A DNA stretch of 62,940 nt, counting the filler, from Lenisia limosa (Eukaryota > Protista > Breviatea): the NCBI GenBank assembly GCA_001655205.1. It is 12 parts of 12 records of this genome, joined end to end, with 100 filler letters (N's around TTAATTAATTAA, not from the genome) between each part and the next. Parts side by side here need not be neighbours in the genome. Positions count along the whole stretch, not along the records: positions 1 to 1,801 come from LPNZ01001468.1; positions 1,902 to 19,392 come from LPNZ01009385.1; 10 more parts are not named here. The stretch is one strand, 5' to 3'. Shown here one piece after another: positions 1 through 11,400 of this stretch; the first letter of the stretch is position 1; each line of letters opens with the position of its first letter. The position numbers and the translations under genes were made by a program. A model generated the notes under the pieces. That model had not been told where the DNA came from, did no database searches, and saw only the letters and a program-made list of their open reading frames with translations.

Positions 1-67
1 TTGCTATTGTAATAACATACACATATCGATATCATATAATATGTAATAGCTATATATTATTTTTGTA

Positions 68-1710
68 TTATAATAATTGATAAGATATTGATCTTTGGGA
101 AGTTTCTGTTCCACGAGATAGTAGTATGCCCTTCTCCCCCACCAAAGAATGTTTGGTAGCCACTACTGTAGCCACATTGAGTGAGACCGAATGTTCCGGT
201 TTGACGATCATAAATATACAAGGTTCGTGGCTTCCATTGGTTTCTACCTGGATAAAATTGCATTTCAAGCATTCATTGCCATAGTTGCAAAATAGAGCTA
301 CAAAGGTACTGAGCTTACACTGAATCCTCGTAGTACATCACATTCATATTAGCATCTTCATAGAGTAACTACAGAGTGAACTAACTTAAAATAGAAGATA
401 CACCCAGCACCCAAGAGTGAGAGCACCCATCACAGTAAATACACAACATACCCTGCCGTGCTCAAAAAATGTCGAGTCTTTTGAATCAGCAGAAAAAATG
501 GTATCATAGAAAACTCCTAAAATTAAATATGAGAATCCACAAATACAAAATAAAGCAGTAGTCTTTTATCTTACCATTTTTTGACAGCAGAGTAGTGGTC
601 AAGGGGGTGTTGAAGAAAGTATAGCCGATATCAAATTCATCACCTAATCAAGAATAAATAAACAATTATAAAACGGGAAAATTCTATTTCTTTTTTGATC
701 TCAAAAATATAGACACGCTCAACTCACTCTCAGGTGAACCCCATTGTGTGGATATAGGGTAAGTCCAAAAGTCTTGTGGGATTCCGGTGCTTTTCATGGC
801 GAGTGCGAATACACTTGAGGATCATGGATGAAATAATATCAAAGTAAAAAACGATGGTTCCAGAAATTGTGAAACTTCAACCCTTATACCCATATTCAAC
901 TTATTAAACACAGTTACCGAGTAAGAGGTCCCTCAGAATGCCCAAAAAAGCACCTCTTCTGATTCTAGACTGATAAAAAAGTGGACCCTAGGGAACAATG
1001 GTGGATACAGAAAACTCAGATAATTTTATTAACCCCCTCACATAAACGCCCGCAAGGGTGACATTAACAGTCATGAAACCTGTTGAAAGTGGATGCAGGT
1101 AGAGATACTGCCCGCATGACTGGACTAAATCGTAAAACTCTTCCCAAATTATTAACGAGCACATACACAGCCATAGAATTGAAACAACTCTACATTATCA
1201 ACCCCAAAGAGCAAATATATCTCAAACTTTCACAGTAGCACTAAGATATCATACAAGTAGACAAGCACCATCCTACTATTTCTTGCTGTGAGCGTGTCTT
1301 CGATAACCTTAAAAATAAGTTGTGCTGAAGAAGACAGAATCGCCACCTCCCCAACTACCTGATAGATATCGACCCCGTCGATTAGAAGTTCGCGAGCTAA
1401 AATGTGACAGTTCGTCTACAGCACCCACCATCCAGCTTGTCAACAAACGCCTGCGTTGCATTTAGATGGGAGATTTCGGCTGTTTGCAAGCTGAAATGTA
1501 AGAAGAATATTTAATGTTAGTTTGTAAGGGTCCTCCTTTCTGATGCTCCAAAATCCAAACTATTATTCCTAGACCAACCTGATGAAGTTGTCAGGACTAA
1601 ATAGTTAGAACAGTTCATGTTTGTCTCAAAGAAAATTTGAGCTTACCTAAGCTGGAAGGATGCAGAAAAGGAAAGCAGGAAGAGAAAAAAAAGTGCTTGT
1701 ATGAGAACGA
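68..1710 (-). CDS. Multi-exon secreted protein of unknown function (3' end uncertain)
   Basis: Manual GT-AG splicing gives MIVLIQALFFLFLLSFSASFQLSPDNFI-SLQTAEISHLNATQAFVDKLD-ARELLIDGVDIYQ...VFALAMKSTGIPQDFWTYPISTQWGSPE-GDEFDIGYTFFNTPLTTTLLSKN-GVFYDTIFSADSKDSTFFEHGR-LLYEDANMNVMYYEDS. The hydrophobic N-terminus looks like a signal peptide. No family recognised. Confidence 0.5.
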
Positions 1711-1801
1711 TCATTTCTGATTGTATTGGATTAATCAAACTTGAATTGTTAATTTATCACCACTGCAGAGACAAAAGACTGAGTTGGACTAACGAAAGAG
1801 G

Positions 1802-1901
1802 NNNNNNNNNNNNNNNNNNNNNNNNNNNNNNNNNNNNNNNNNNNNTTAATTAATTAANNNNNNNNNNNNNNNNNNNNNNNNNNNNNNNNNNNNNNNNNNN
1901 N
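1802..1901. other. Artificial scaffold spacer N44-TTAATTAATTAA-N44 (first of 11)
   Basis: Identical 100-nt structure at 1802-1901, 19393-19492, 23307-23406, 37665-37764, 38902-39001, 42684-42783, 46965-47064, 48614-48713, 55934-56033, 59158-59257 and 61710-61809. The 12-mer puts a stop codon in all six frames. Confidence 0.95.
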
Positions 1902-2027
1902 TATTGAATATTGTAGCGATTATTATATTATTGAATATTGTAATGAAGTATCGGGGGGGGGGGTATCTCTTTTTACTGAATCAGTGATACATTCTACAAT
2001 CCTTATCTCCCCATATTTCACTCGGTT

Positions 2028-4380
2028 TTTAGTGTGACGGTGCATCCCAGTGGGTCACATAAGCACATAGCAGCCAAGTATGACGCAAGTACCAAGACCT
2101 GGTATGGGGGGGAAATATGTGAATGTCTTTACCCCTTGATGTCACCTTGGGTTTCACCTCGGTTCGAAAAAAGACTGAATTTCTCGATAAATTCTCGAAA
2201 ACTATCGATATTTTACCGGTNNNNNNNNNNNNNNNNNNNNNNNNNNNNNNNNNNNNNNNNNNNNNNNNNNNNNNNNNNNNNNNNNNNNNNNNNNNNNNNN
2301 NNNNNNNNNNNNNNNNNNNNNNNNNNNNNNNNNNNNNNNNNNNNNNNNNNNNNNNNNNNNNNNNNNNNNNNNNNNNNNNNNNNNNNNNNNNNNNNNNNNN
2401 NNNNNNNNNNNNNNNNNNNNNNNNNNNNNNNNNNNNNNNNNNNNNNNNNNNNNNNNNNNNNNNNNNNNNTAAATTTTCCAATTTTTCTCTGGGCTTTGTT
2501 TGTTTTGTTGTTCTCAACCTTTTTTTGCTTCATAATTTTTCCAATGTTACTCTCCCTAGGACATCGCACTCCGAACGCGGCACGGAATTACCCATGCCCA
2601 CAGCCTATAAAGGTGTCGTATTCACCGGCACCGTGGGGGGGGGGGGTTATANNNNNNNNNNNNNNNNNNNNNNNNNNNNNNNNNNNNNNNNNNNNNNNNN
2701 NNNNNNNNNNNNNNNNNNNNNNNNNNNNNNNNNNNNNNNNNNNNNNNNNNNNNNNNNNNNNNNNNNNNNNNNNNNNNNNNNNNNNNNNNNNNNNNNNNNN
2801 NNNNNNNNNNNNAAACCTCGGAGTGTAAGTAGTATCCCATGGATTAGGGGTACAGCTTTTGGCTACTTTTGACCAAAATTTTTGTGGCTCGCAGGACAGA
2901 ATGCCGCGTATTTCTTTTCGATTTCCGGTGTTGAAGACTGGGGCCCTTTTTGGCTCAAAGATTCATCATATGAGATAGTTTAATGATGTTATTATCTCCC
3001 CACCCCTTATTGACCGTTTAGGGCACCTACCCCCTGGGAAGCGTGAAGACCGACGTCGAAATGGCCACGAAAAATGAGTATTGGGGGGATTACTCGAGGG
3101 CTCCGTGTAATTGTAATTAATTTTGTGAGGAAAGTAATTGACAAAATTAAAAATTTTAGTGTCTTTANNNNNNNNNNNNNNNNNNNNNNNNNNNNNNNNN
3201 NNNNNNNNNNNNNNNNNNNNNNNNNNNNNNNNNNNNNNNNNNNNNNNNNNNNNNNNNNNNNNNNNNNNNNNNNNNNNNNNNNNNNNNNNNNNNNNNNNNN
3301 NNNNNNNNNNNNNNNNNNNNNNNNNNNNNNNNNNNNNNNNNNNNNNNNNNNNNNNNNNNNNNNNNNNNNNNNNNNNNNNNNNNNNNNNNNNNNNNNNNNN
3401 NNNNNNNNNNNNNNNNNNNNNNNNNTTGCTAGAGACTAAATGATTGGGTGAATTGATATTGTATACTATTATTCAATACCTCTTATATGCGCCAGGTACA
3501 ACTTTTTTATTTCTCATTGCGATATAGCACCATGGACCATAGTCACACATTTGCCACCACAGCGTCAGAGGACATTGATGCCTCCACCAGCTTTTCTGCT
3601 ACCAGCGATCTTTCAAGTGATGAGGTCAGTCTTTTTGTTTTGTTTTGCTTTGGGTCTTTGTTTTAGGGCTTNNNNNNNNNNNNNNNNNNNNNNNNNNNNN
3701 NNNNNNNNNNNNNNNNNNNNNNNNNNNNNNNNNNNNNNNNNNNNNNNNNNNNNNNNNNNNNNNNNNNNNNNNNNNNNNNNNNNNNNNNNNNNNNNNNNNN
3801 NNNNNNNNNNNNNNNNNNNNNNNNNNNNNNNNNNNNNNNNNNNNNNNNNNNNNNNNNNNNNNNNNNNNNNNNNNNNNNNNNNNNNNNNNNNNNNNNNNNN
3901 NNNNNNNNNNNNNNNNNNNNNNNNNNNNNNNNNNNNNNNNNNNNNNNNNNNNNNNNNNNNNNNNNNNNNNNNNNNNNNNNNNNNNNNNNNNNNNNNNNNN
4001 NNNNNNNNNNTTTATAGTTTTAACAAATCTATTCCAGGTTATATCCTGACACTTGTTCTATCCGAGACTGTTGCTATTATTTCCCTCGGGCTTCACTTTG
4101 GTTCAAAAAAAGACTGAATTTGTCAATAAATCCTCGAAAACTATCGATACTTTCCCTTGTTTTTTTCGAACCGGAAGTAAAGCCCTACTTCCCTCCACGT
4201 CAATCATTGTTTCTTCACTCATGTCAATTGAGAATTAGTTTGAAATTTCAGTTGAAACATTAATTTCAAACTTTTTCAATCAATTTCTTCAAAAATAATT
4301 GCTTCACGGGGCCTTGATCCTCCCCTGTTTGCCTTGATGTTTTAGGCCTCAAACTCCCCGCGGAGTCTCAGCGTTGTGTA
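2028..4380 (+). CDS. Fragmented multi-exon gene of unknown function (interrupted by N runs)
   Basis: GC-richer AG/GT-bounded blocks translate to VTVHPSGSHKHIAAKYDASTKTW, GQNAAYFFSISGVEDWGPFWLKDSS and TMDHSHTFATTASEDIDASTSFSATSDLSSDE. Phases not verified. Confidence 0.35.
2149..2220. mobile_element. MITE family A copy (truncated by N run)
   Basis: GGGTTTCACCTCGGTTCGAAAAAAGACTGAATTTCTCGATAAATTCTCGAAAACTATCGATATTTTACCGGT matches the family consensus. Confidence 0.8.
4088..4185. mobile_element. MITE family A copy
   Basis: TIRs GGGCTTCACTTTGGTTC...GAACCGGAAGTAAAGCCC around the shared core. Confidence 0.85.
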
Positions 4381-4550
4381 TATAATGCGCATATTCTAGG
4401 GGTAAACCCCCCAGGTTCTGTCTGTTTATTGTATTATTTTTTTTTCTTCATTTCTTGTTTTCCGATTTATTGTTAGTTCCTTCCAGCAGGTTTGCTCTTT
4501 TATTGGAAATTAATATTGCTTGATATTATCAGTGATATACCTTACTCCAA

Positions 4551-4617
4551 GGGCTTAACTTCGGTTTGAAAAAGACCGGTAAATTCAGTCTTTTTTTTGT
4601 GAACCGAAGTGAATCCC
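4551..4617. mobile_element. MITE family A, internally deleted copy
   Basis: Both TIRs present and the core is shortened. A similar deletion is seen at 12911-12982. Confidence 0.8.
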
Positions 4618-4662
4618 CACTTACTCCCTCATCCTCCAATATACTCACCAGATTAGGCTTGT

Positions 4663-4773
4663 CTAAATATGAGGTGCACTTGTTTTTGAACTGGTAGATG
4701 ACACCTCTATTTTTCAAAAACTGTAAAAATACAACTTTAAGCTTCTTTTTTTTTAACTACTGGTTGACCTCAG
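4663..4773. repeat. Dispersed repeat family G (copy 1)
   Basis: CTAAATATGAGGTGCACTTGTTTTTGAACT...TTTAAGCTTCTTTTT closely matches 11209-11335. Confidence 0.7.
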
Positions 4774-4989
4774 ATTTGGTTGAGCCCTAGATTAGCATTA
4801 GCAAATAATGAGGTTTTTAGTCGCATCGCTAAACATTAGCAACCAAATTTATGGATATTTAAATGGATGAATTGACACAAAAATGAACTTTATATTGTAA
4901 ATAGTGGGGGGTGCTGGGGAGCATACATAAGGTTTTCTTGAAATCTATCACCTATACCCCCACGCCGCCGGACACAAACATATTACATC

Positions 4990-5371
4990 TAGCCATGAGA
5001 CATAAGAAATAAGGATGTATCTGGCCGAAGCCGTCCACATCACGCTTATAAGAGATATTGGATTATAGTATAATATTATTCACCCAATCATTTGATGGCC
5101 TATTTATCCGCGCAGAAAATCGCATTTTCGCGGGATTTTCGCGAAAAAAAAACTGAGAAAAAACAGCATTTTCGCGGATTTTCACGGCTCGCCGCTCTGT
5201 CATATTTCCCCACAATCTCACCCAGAAAAAATCAGCAGAATTTTAACATCGATTTACAAACATTTTTTTTTTTGACTTAATGTTCACTAGTTTTTGGTAA
5301 TTTTTTTTCGCTGCTTTTCACAGAATTTCACGGAAATTCAACTCTGTACACACAGCTTTCTGCGTGCCTGC
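4990..5371 (+). repeat. Family D dispersed repeat split by a ~245-bp insertion (~5095-5338)
   Basis: TAGCCATGAGA...CTGGCCGAAGCCGTCCACATCACGCTTATAAGAGATATTGGATT...CACCCAATCATTTG, then after the insert AACTCTGTACACACAGCTTTCTGCGTGCCT. These two parts are contiguous in the copy at 26041-26188. Confidence 0.75.
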
Positions 5372-5416
5372 ATAACTCGCCTCCAAACAGCTACAGATTA
5401 AAAGAATAAGTTTAAC

Positions 5417-8400
5417 CTACACAAGATGGAGTGAAGATTGGCTACTATCTTGGTTGGTTCGTGTAGAGTGGTCAACAATCACCGAAAAGCCAGCAGAGTA
5501 AACCCCCTCGCCACCTTGAGAGCACAAACATATGACATACATCAGAATAAAACAATAACTAACACTAAAGGACGGCCTTCTCATCTAATAAAGGCGTAGA
5601 TAGAGCTGGGGGAGGAGGGGTAAGATCAGAGATAATTGGACACTAGTTTGAGAATTTAAAAACTAAAAATAACCTTTCCCGTCTTCCGTTTTGTGAGAAA
5701 TGGAAATGAAAGCAGTCTCCTTGAAATGGTGGGACTTGTTTTAAAAATCCCCCCAACGAGTAGTAGGGGTCTGAGCTTCGAGAAACGACTCTACCATTGA
5801 TTGCATTGGGATGTGGAGGCGAATATTGTCTCCCTTCCCGATAAGGAAATACGTAAACTAAAATGGTAAGTTCCCTTATGTATACATACATGTATATGAC
5901 AAGTACGCTCTTTCCCTTAAGGAAATAACTAGACTGGTAGGTTCCCTTATCAGGCAAGTAGACAGATAGAAATCCATGTTATCCCCCTTTCCTTACAAGG
6001 AAATACGTAAAAACCGTTTTTCATGGTAAATTGCCTTTAGAGCAAGTCCTCGCCCACTATTCGTCCCTTGCCTTTGATCTCCATCCACCCTCTTCTGCTG
6101 AATTTGAATTGATGCTCTAAATAGTGATAAAAATGGACTGAGAAAGTGTCACACATTTTACACCCCTAACACACGTACCACTTACACCCCATCCCTCTAC
6201 ACAGCTAACTCTATTTGATTTCGCCCGCCTTTCTTTACAACATCAGCATACCAACTTCTGCCTTCACAATGTTAAACGTGGTTCTTGATAGCTGCGGAAA
6301 GTAAATTGGAGTATTTTTTTAAAAAATACATGCAAAATAAGAACTTTTGAATGATATGTTTATACAAAATAATGGATATGAAATAGTTGAATGCTCCTAT
6401 TTGGTAAATGGTTTACAGAGAAACAAGTGTGAACATTTTATAATTAGGACTTCACTTCGGTTCAAAAAATGACTGAACTTCTCGATAAATCTTCGAAAAT
6501 TATCTATATTTTACCGGGCTTGTTCGAATCAAAGTGAAGCCCTATTCATAATTCTGAAGAGTAAATTGGAGACTTCAAATGAATACAAAATTGTAGTCTT
6601 GTTGAATTTGGGACTAATTCAAAAAGGTCTCCCACTCCATATGCCAAATCCGCCCCCTATTATGAAAATTCAGTTGTTCTTACAATTGACGCTGTCAGTA
6701 CACCCAAACTTCTCGATACATTGTCCTCAGAGAAAACACAGCAGTTCTCCAAAGCCCACCTGACAGCAGTTTTCCTTTGAAGTTGACTCCATTCGAGATG
6801 CTACATTTACCGTATCTCCCACAAGGCAGTAGTGTGGCCTAAGCACCCCTGCGGTATAAGTATTTTGCGTTGAATTCCGTGCATTCATGCAAATTTTGAA
6901 GTGATAAATACTGTAATGGGAACTACATTTCAGACTTTCATTGTTATTTAGTTTTCAATTAATTGTGGAGTGTCACAAAAAAGACTGGCTAAAAACCCTT
7001 TTGTAGTTTTGAGGAACTTACTAATTATAGTTTTGGTGCAATAATAATCGTATTGTATGTTTAAAAGCACTATTATGCTACCATTATCAAGTAATTCATC
7101 CGACAAACCCATAACGCTTGCAACAACGGGACCCGAATGGACCCCTATTCGTATAGAAACAGGACGTTTTGTCATCTGTTGGTGTGTTGAAGGGATGAAT
7201 GATACTTATCATATTAGTATCATATTAAAGATGAGAAAAAAAACAATAGTAGAAAAAAATGGTCATAAATGTGAGCAATTACAATATTGGTTTTATTCGA
7301 ACAAAAAGTTTCAGGAAATGATCTTTCAACTACTTTTTACTAGAATTTAACAAGGATTTTGGTCAGTATGATAATCACAACATTTGCTTCCAAAACTTTT
7401 ATAACAGTAAATAATGATCGTGTAGGGAAAGCTCTGTTATGCCTGTTTCTGGGTTGACACCCTGCATTCATATACATTTTGAGTTTTCTCGCTATCCCCC
7501 CATAGTCACAACCAGGGTTTGCATGACACTGGAACATCGCCTTGATTCATCGTATTTGGGAATCCCACAAATATTTTCAGATTCCCATAATCCCATAATT
7601 TTTCAAAAGACTGAAGTGTAACAATTTACTTGGGCTTCACTTTGGCTCGAAAAAAGACTAAATTTCTCGATAAATCCTCGAAAACTATCATAATTTTACA
7701 GGACTTTTTCGAACCGAAGTGAAGCCCTAACATAACATCTAAAATCCTCGACGCTCTCCACAATCCCCTCCTCCCTACTGGTTGTATAACATTCTTAGTA
7801 GACCCGAGCATTTCAATGGCCATGTTTAGAATGGCTTCGGCATGATGAGGCGGTTGCCATTTCGGACCCCCCCTAAATTTTGAATAATATTGTATCATTA
7901 TTAGCGATTGCATGTATATTTGTTGACTGTGTATTCTTTATTTGTTTCCATAGACTTGAATGTAATTATATATAATACATATGATTTTATTAAATCTCTT
8001 TGTCTATTATTACTTTTAATTACATTATTTTTTAAAAAATTATTACTATTGATAACAATATTCTAATTTTGACAAAATAATTCAGCTTCCACAATGTTTA
8101 GGATTCCACCTAATTAGTAATATCATATCAAAAAATTATTTTGGGATAGTAATTGTTTATAAACGAAAATATAACATGATGTAATTCACAACAACATAAA
8201 TAATATCATTGAGTACTGTAAGATGCTCCGTAAATACATGTAGTATTTTAATAAGTAGCGCTTCACTTCGGTTCGAAAAAGACTGGTAAAAATAGATAGT
8301 TTTCGAGGATTTATTGAGACATTCAGTCTTGTTTCGAACCGAAGTGGAGCCCTAGGAGTAAGTGTCCCCAAACTCGTTGTTGTCTTCGAGACTCAGTAGT

Positions 8401-11400
8401 CCTCCAACTGCCATGTATGCATCTGAAGATTTATATAAACTTGCGTTCATTGATTAGGATCGTGTAAATTTGTCAATGACAATGAAAAGGCATGTGACAG
8501 TTTCATCATAAAGGTCATCTTTATTTGTGTTTCATATCGCAATATTTTCTGGTTATTGTATCATGAATAATCATGATTGACATAAGAGTACAATAGTTAT
8601 GAATCATAATGACCAAAATATTAGTAGTTAAAAAGTTGTAAAAAGATGCGGTCACAAATGCGTGTTTGGGTGTTTGTGACAATAACAATAATTAACCTTT
8701 TATTTTTTGATTGTGTTCATAAAAATATACTGGTATCACTTTTTATTTTTTTAACTACAGACCCTGCCACCCCCTTTTTAGATGAGCCCAATTCCTCATA
8801 ACAAACCTCCAATAGTCTCCACCTTAAAAGTCTGGCATCGATGAGTGATATCATCGTACACTCTGACGGGAGTTAGTAAAAGGGGGGTAAACTCTCATTG
8901 TAAGAGTGTTAATCATTCAGTCATGCAATGTACTCGCGCCACACCCGGGTACCCTCAAGTCCTAACCGGATACCCGTATTTAAATCTATTCCTTATTTTT
9001 ATAATGAGAGTAAGGGGGTGGGGAGTAAAAAATGAAAAAAAAATTTGAAACAAAAACCAGATTGGAAATTGAGGAAGCTAAAACAACCCCCAAACAAATA
9101 GAGAGAGTTGAGGAAGGTAAAAACGTCTTCAGGCTTGAGAGTGGACGAAAGAGACGTATAGCCCACAATATCACCTAAAAGATTAGATCACAATAACACA
9201 TGATATTTGTTTTTTGAATTTATACTATTACCTAATACAATTCCTGTTTCAATAAAATTTAGATATAGCAATGAGGTATCTGGCCCATATCTATTCACAG
9301 CATCAACTATACAATTACAAGTGACCTCCATTGGACCCTTCTATTCAAAAAGACCGGTAAAATATCCATAGTTGTCGAGGATTTATCGAAACTCAGTCTT
9401 TTTTCGAACCGAACTGAGGCCCTACTAATATTGCACATCGATATAATATACATAAACTGATAACAGTCACGATTAAAGAGAATACTCAATATCCGTGTCA
9501 GGACTTATCGCGGTCAGTATATATAGTCCTAAGATCATAAATTATCCCCACACTATTAACTGAATCATATAGCCCAGTTTAATGACATTATCCCCCACAT
9601 ACTAAACAAAATGGTGACAATGTCAAATTTTTCGGGGTTAATCTCTTGGCCTTGTAAGAGTGCTCTTGCAATGTGCGGAGGAAACACCTGATTCAGTACT
9701 TGATGAGGCTAAAAACATTACTATTATTTTAAGGGTAGGGAGAAACAAACCATGCTCACAAGATGTTATTCACAGATTTACCCCCCAAATTCGCGGATTT
9801 GCCCCGATTTCAAAACTGAATTCGAAACGGCTCATTGCAATTTATTGAAGACAATAATTGACAAAATTTGAAATTAAAGTGTCTGAAATTGAATTACATT
9901 ACAACATGTCTCCCTTCAAATGGTTCAATAAATTAATTATTTTAAACAATTAACATACTCTGTGCAATTAATTAATCGAAATCTGAAATGTGTGGGATTT
10001 CCAAACACTAAATAGGAATCTCAAGTCAAAGTAAATCTCCCCCAAACAGTCCCAAGAGCATGGCTTTCCTCTTTCGCATGTGCCTCAATGAGGGCAGCAT
10101 CAAGACGATTAAGGACCTCCCTCCAACTGAACATAGTAAAACCCCAACACTTTATACATTTAATTGTCACCTGGGATTTCCATGAAAATCCTGGGAATCC
10201 TTAGTCATAAGAATCCCAAGTCAATACGCCTTATTGCTGTCCAGTTACCCCCTCACTGTGGTCGTCTAACAGGATTCTGGGCCCATAGTTCAGCAATAAG
10301 CAGGGTTACGTCCTCCGATACTCCAGTATCTTTAAGGTAGAGAAGGTTTGGCCTTTTCTACTCGTTTTAGAAGAACTGTTTTAGACGATAATGAATCAAT
10401 TGAAGTTTCTAATTGTGCTATATTATAACATGTGGTAATGTGAAGATTAAAGATTTGTCTACATCTTTACTCGTTAGTGCTTCACTTCGGTTCAAAAATC
10501 GGGGACATATCGTAGTTTTCGAGGATTTATCGAGAAAATCCGTCCTTTTTCGAACCGAAGTGAAGCCCTACTACTCATTTTAGAAGTTTATGGGATATCT
10601 TTGCTTGGATTACCCCAGACTCAGGGTCAAATTCTGAAAGTTAGAATTTATATTTTAGGATTGCCCTAACTTTTAAATGTTGAGAGTACCAAATTCCTAT
10701 TGTTTTGATTCAAAAATTCTACATTTTCCGCAAACCTTCCCTAAATGCATTTAAAATATCAAAATTCTGAAATTTGGAGCTTTCATATAAATCCTCGATT
10801 TTTTGCCCCGTAGGGAAGCTAGTAGATTTGTGAAAGAAAGCTCCTAATTCAGCAATTTTGTAATAGTATTACTGATTTGAGGATAAGTTTAACTAAAAAT
10901 GTTAAATTGTTGAATCAAATCAATAGGAATTTGGCACTCAACACTTGACAATTTGTAAGGTTACATTTTCAGCGAAACTTACCCTGAACTCATTTAATAT
11001 TACAAAATTTCTGATTTTTTTCTTATGAAGCTTAACACAAACCTACGGCTTCCCTACGGTCCAAAAAATCGAGTATTTATCGCAAAACCCAAAATTCAAA
11101 GTTTTTGGGATCCCTGTCAGAGACCTATATATACACTCCAAACAAACAGTAAAACACACGTTAAAACTAGACAAACTCGATAAATACCTTTAAGGATTCT
11201 CGGCTGAGCTAAATATGAGGTCCACTTGTTTTTGAACTCGTCGATGACCCCTCTATTTTTCAAAAAGTGTTCTAAAAATACACCTTTAAGCTTCTTTTTA
11301 AAAAACTGGTTCAAAAAAAGTGGACCTCATGTTAGATAGTTTTTGATAGTTTGTTCTCCCGCGAAATTCTTTCCTTCTGTACCCTTTACAAACCTGAATG

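Noticed and set aside
57-272. WD40/RBBP5-like resemblance of RTLYIYDRQTG
   Set aside because: Only a short motif, the splice phase favours another frame, and the protein seems to have a signal peptide.
1273-1278. In-frame TAG TAG in an exon, suggesting stop-codon reassignment
   Set aside because: An upstream AG acceptor gives an open frame (HNLFLRLSKTRSQQENSRM), and ATP6V1F ends normally at TAG.
1846-1857. Recurring TTAATTAATTAA as a biological motif
   Set aside because: It is always centred in exactly 44+44 Ns; this is an assembly linker.
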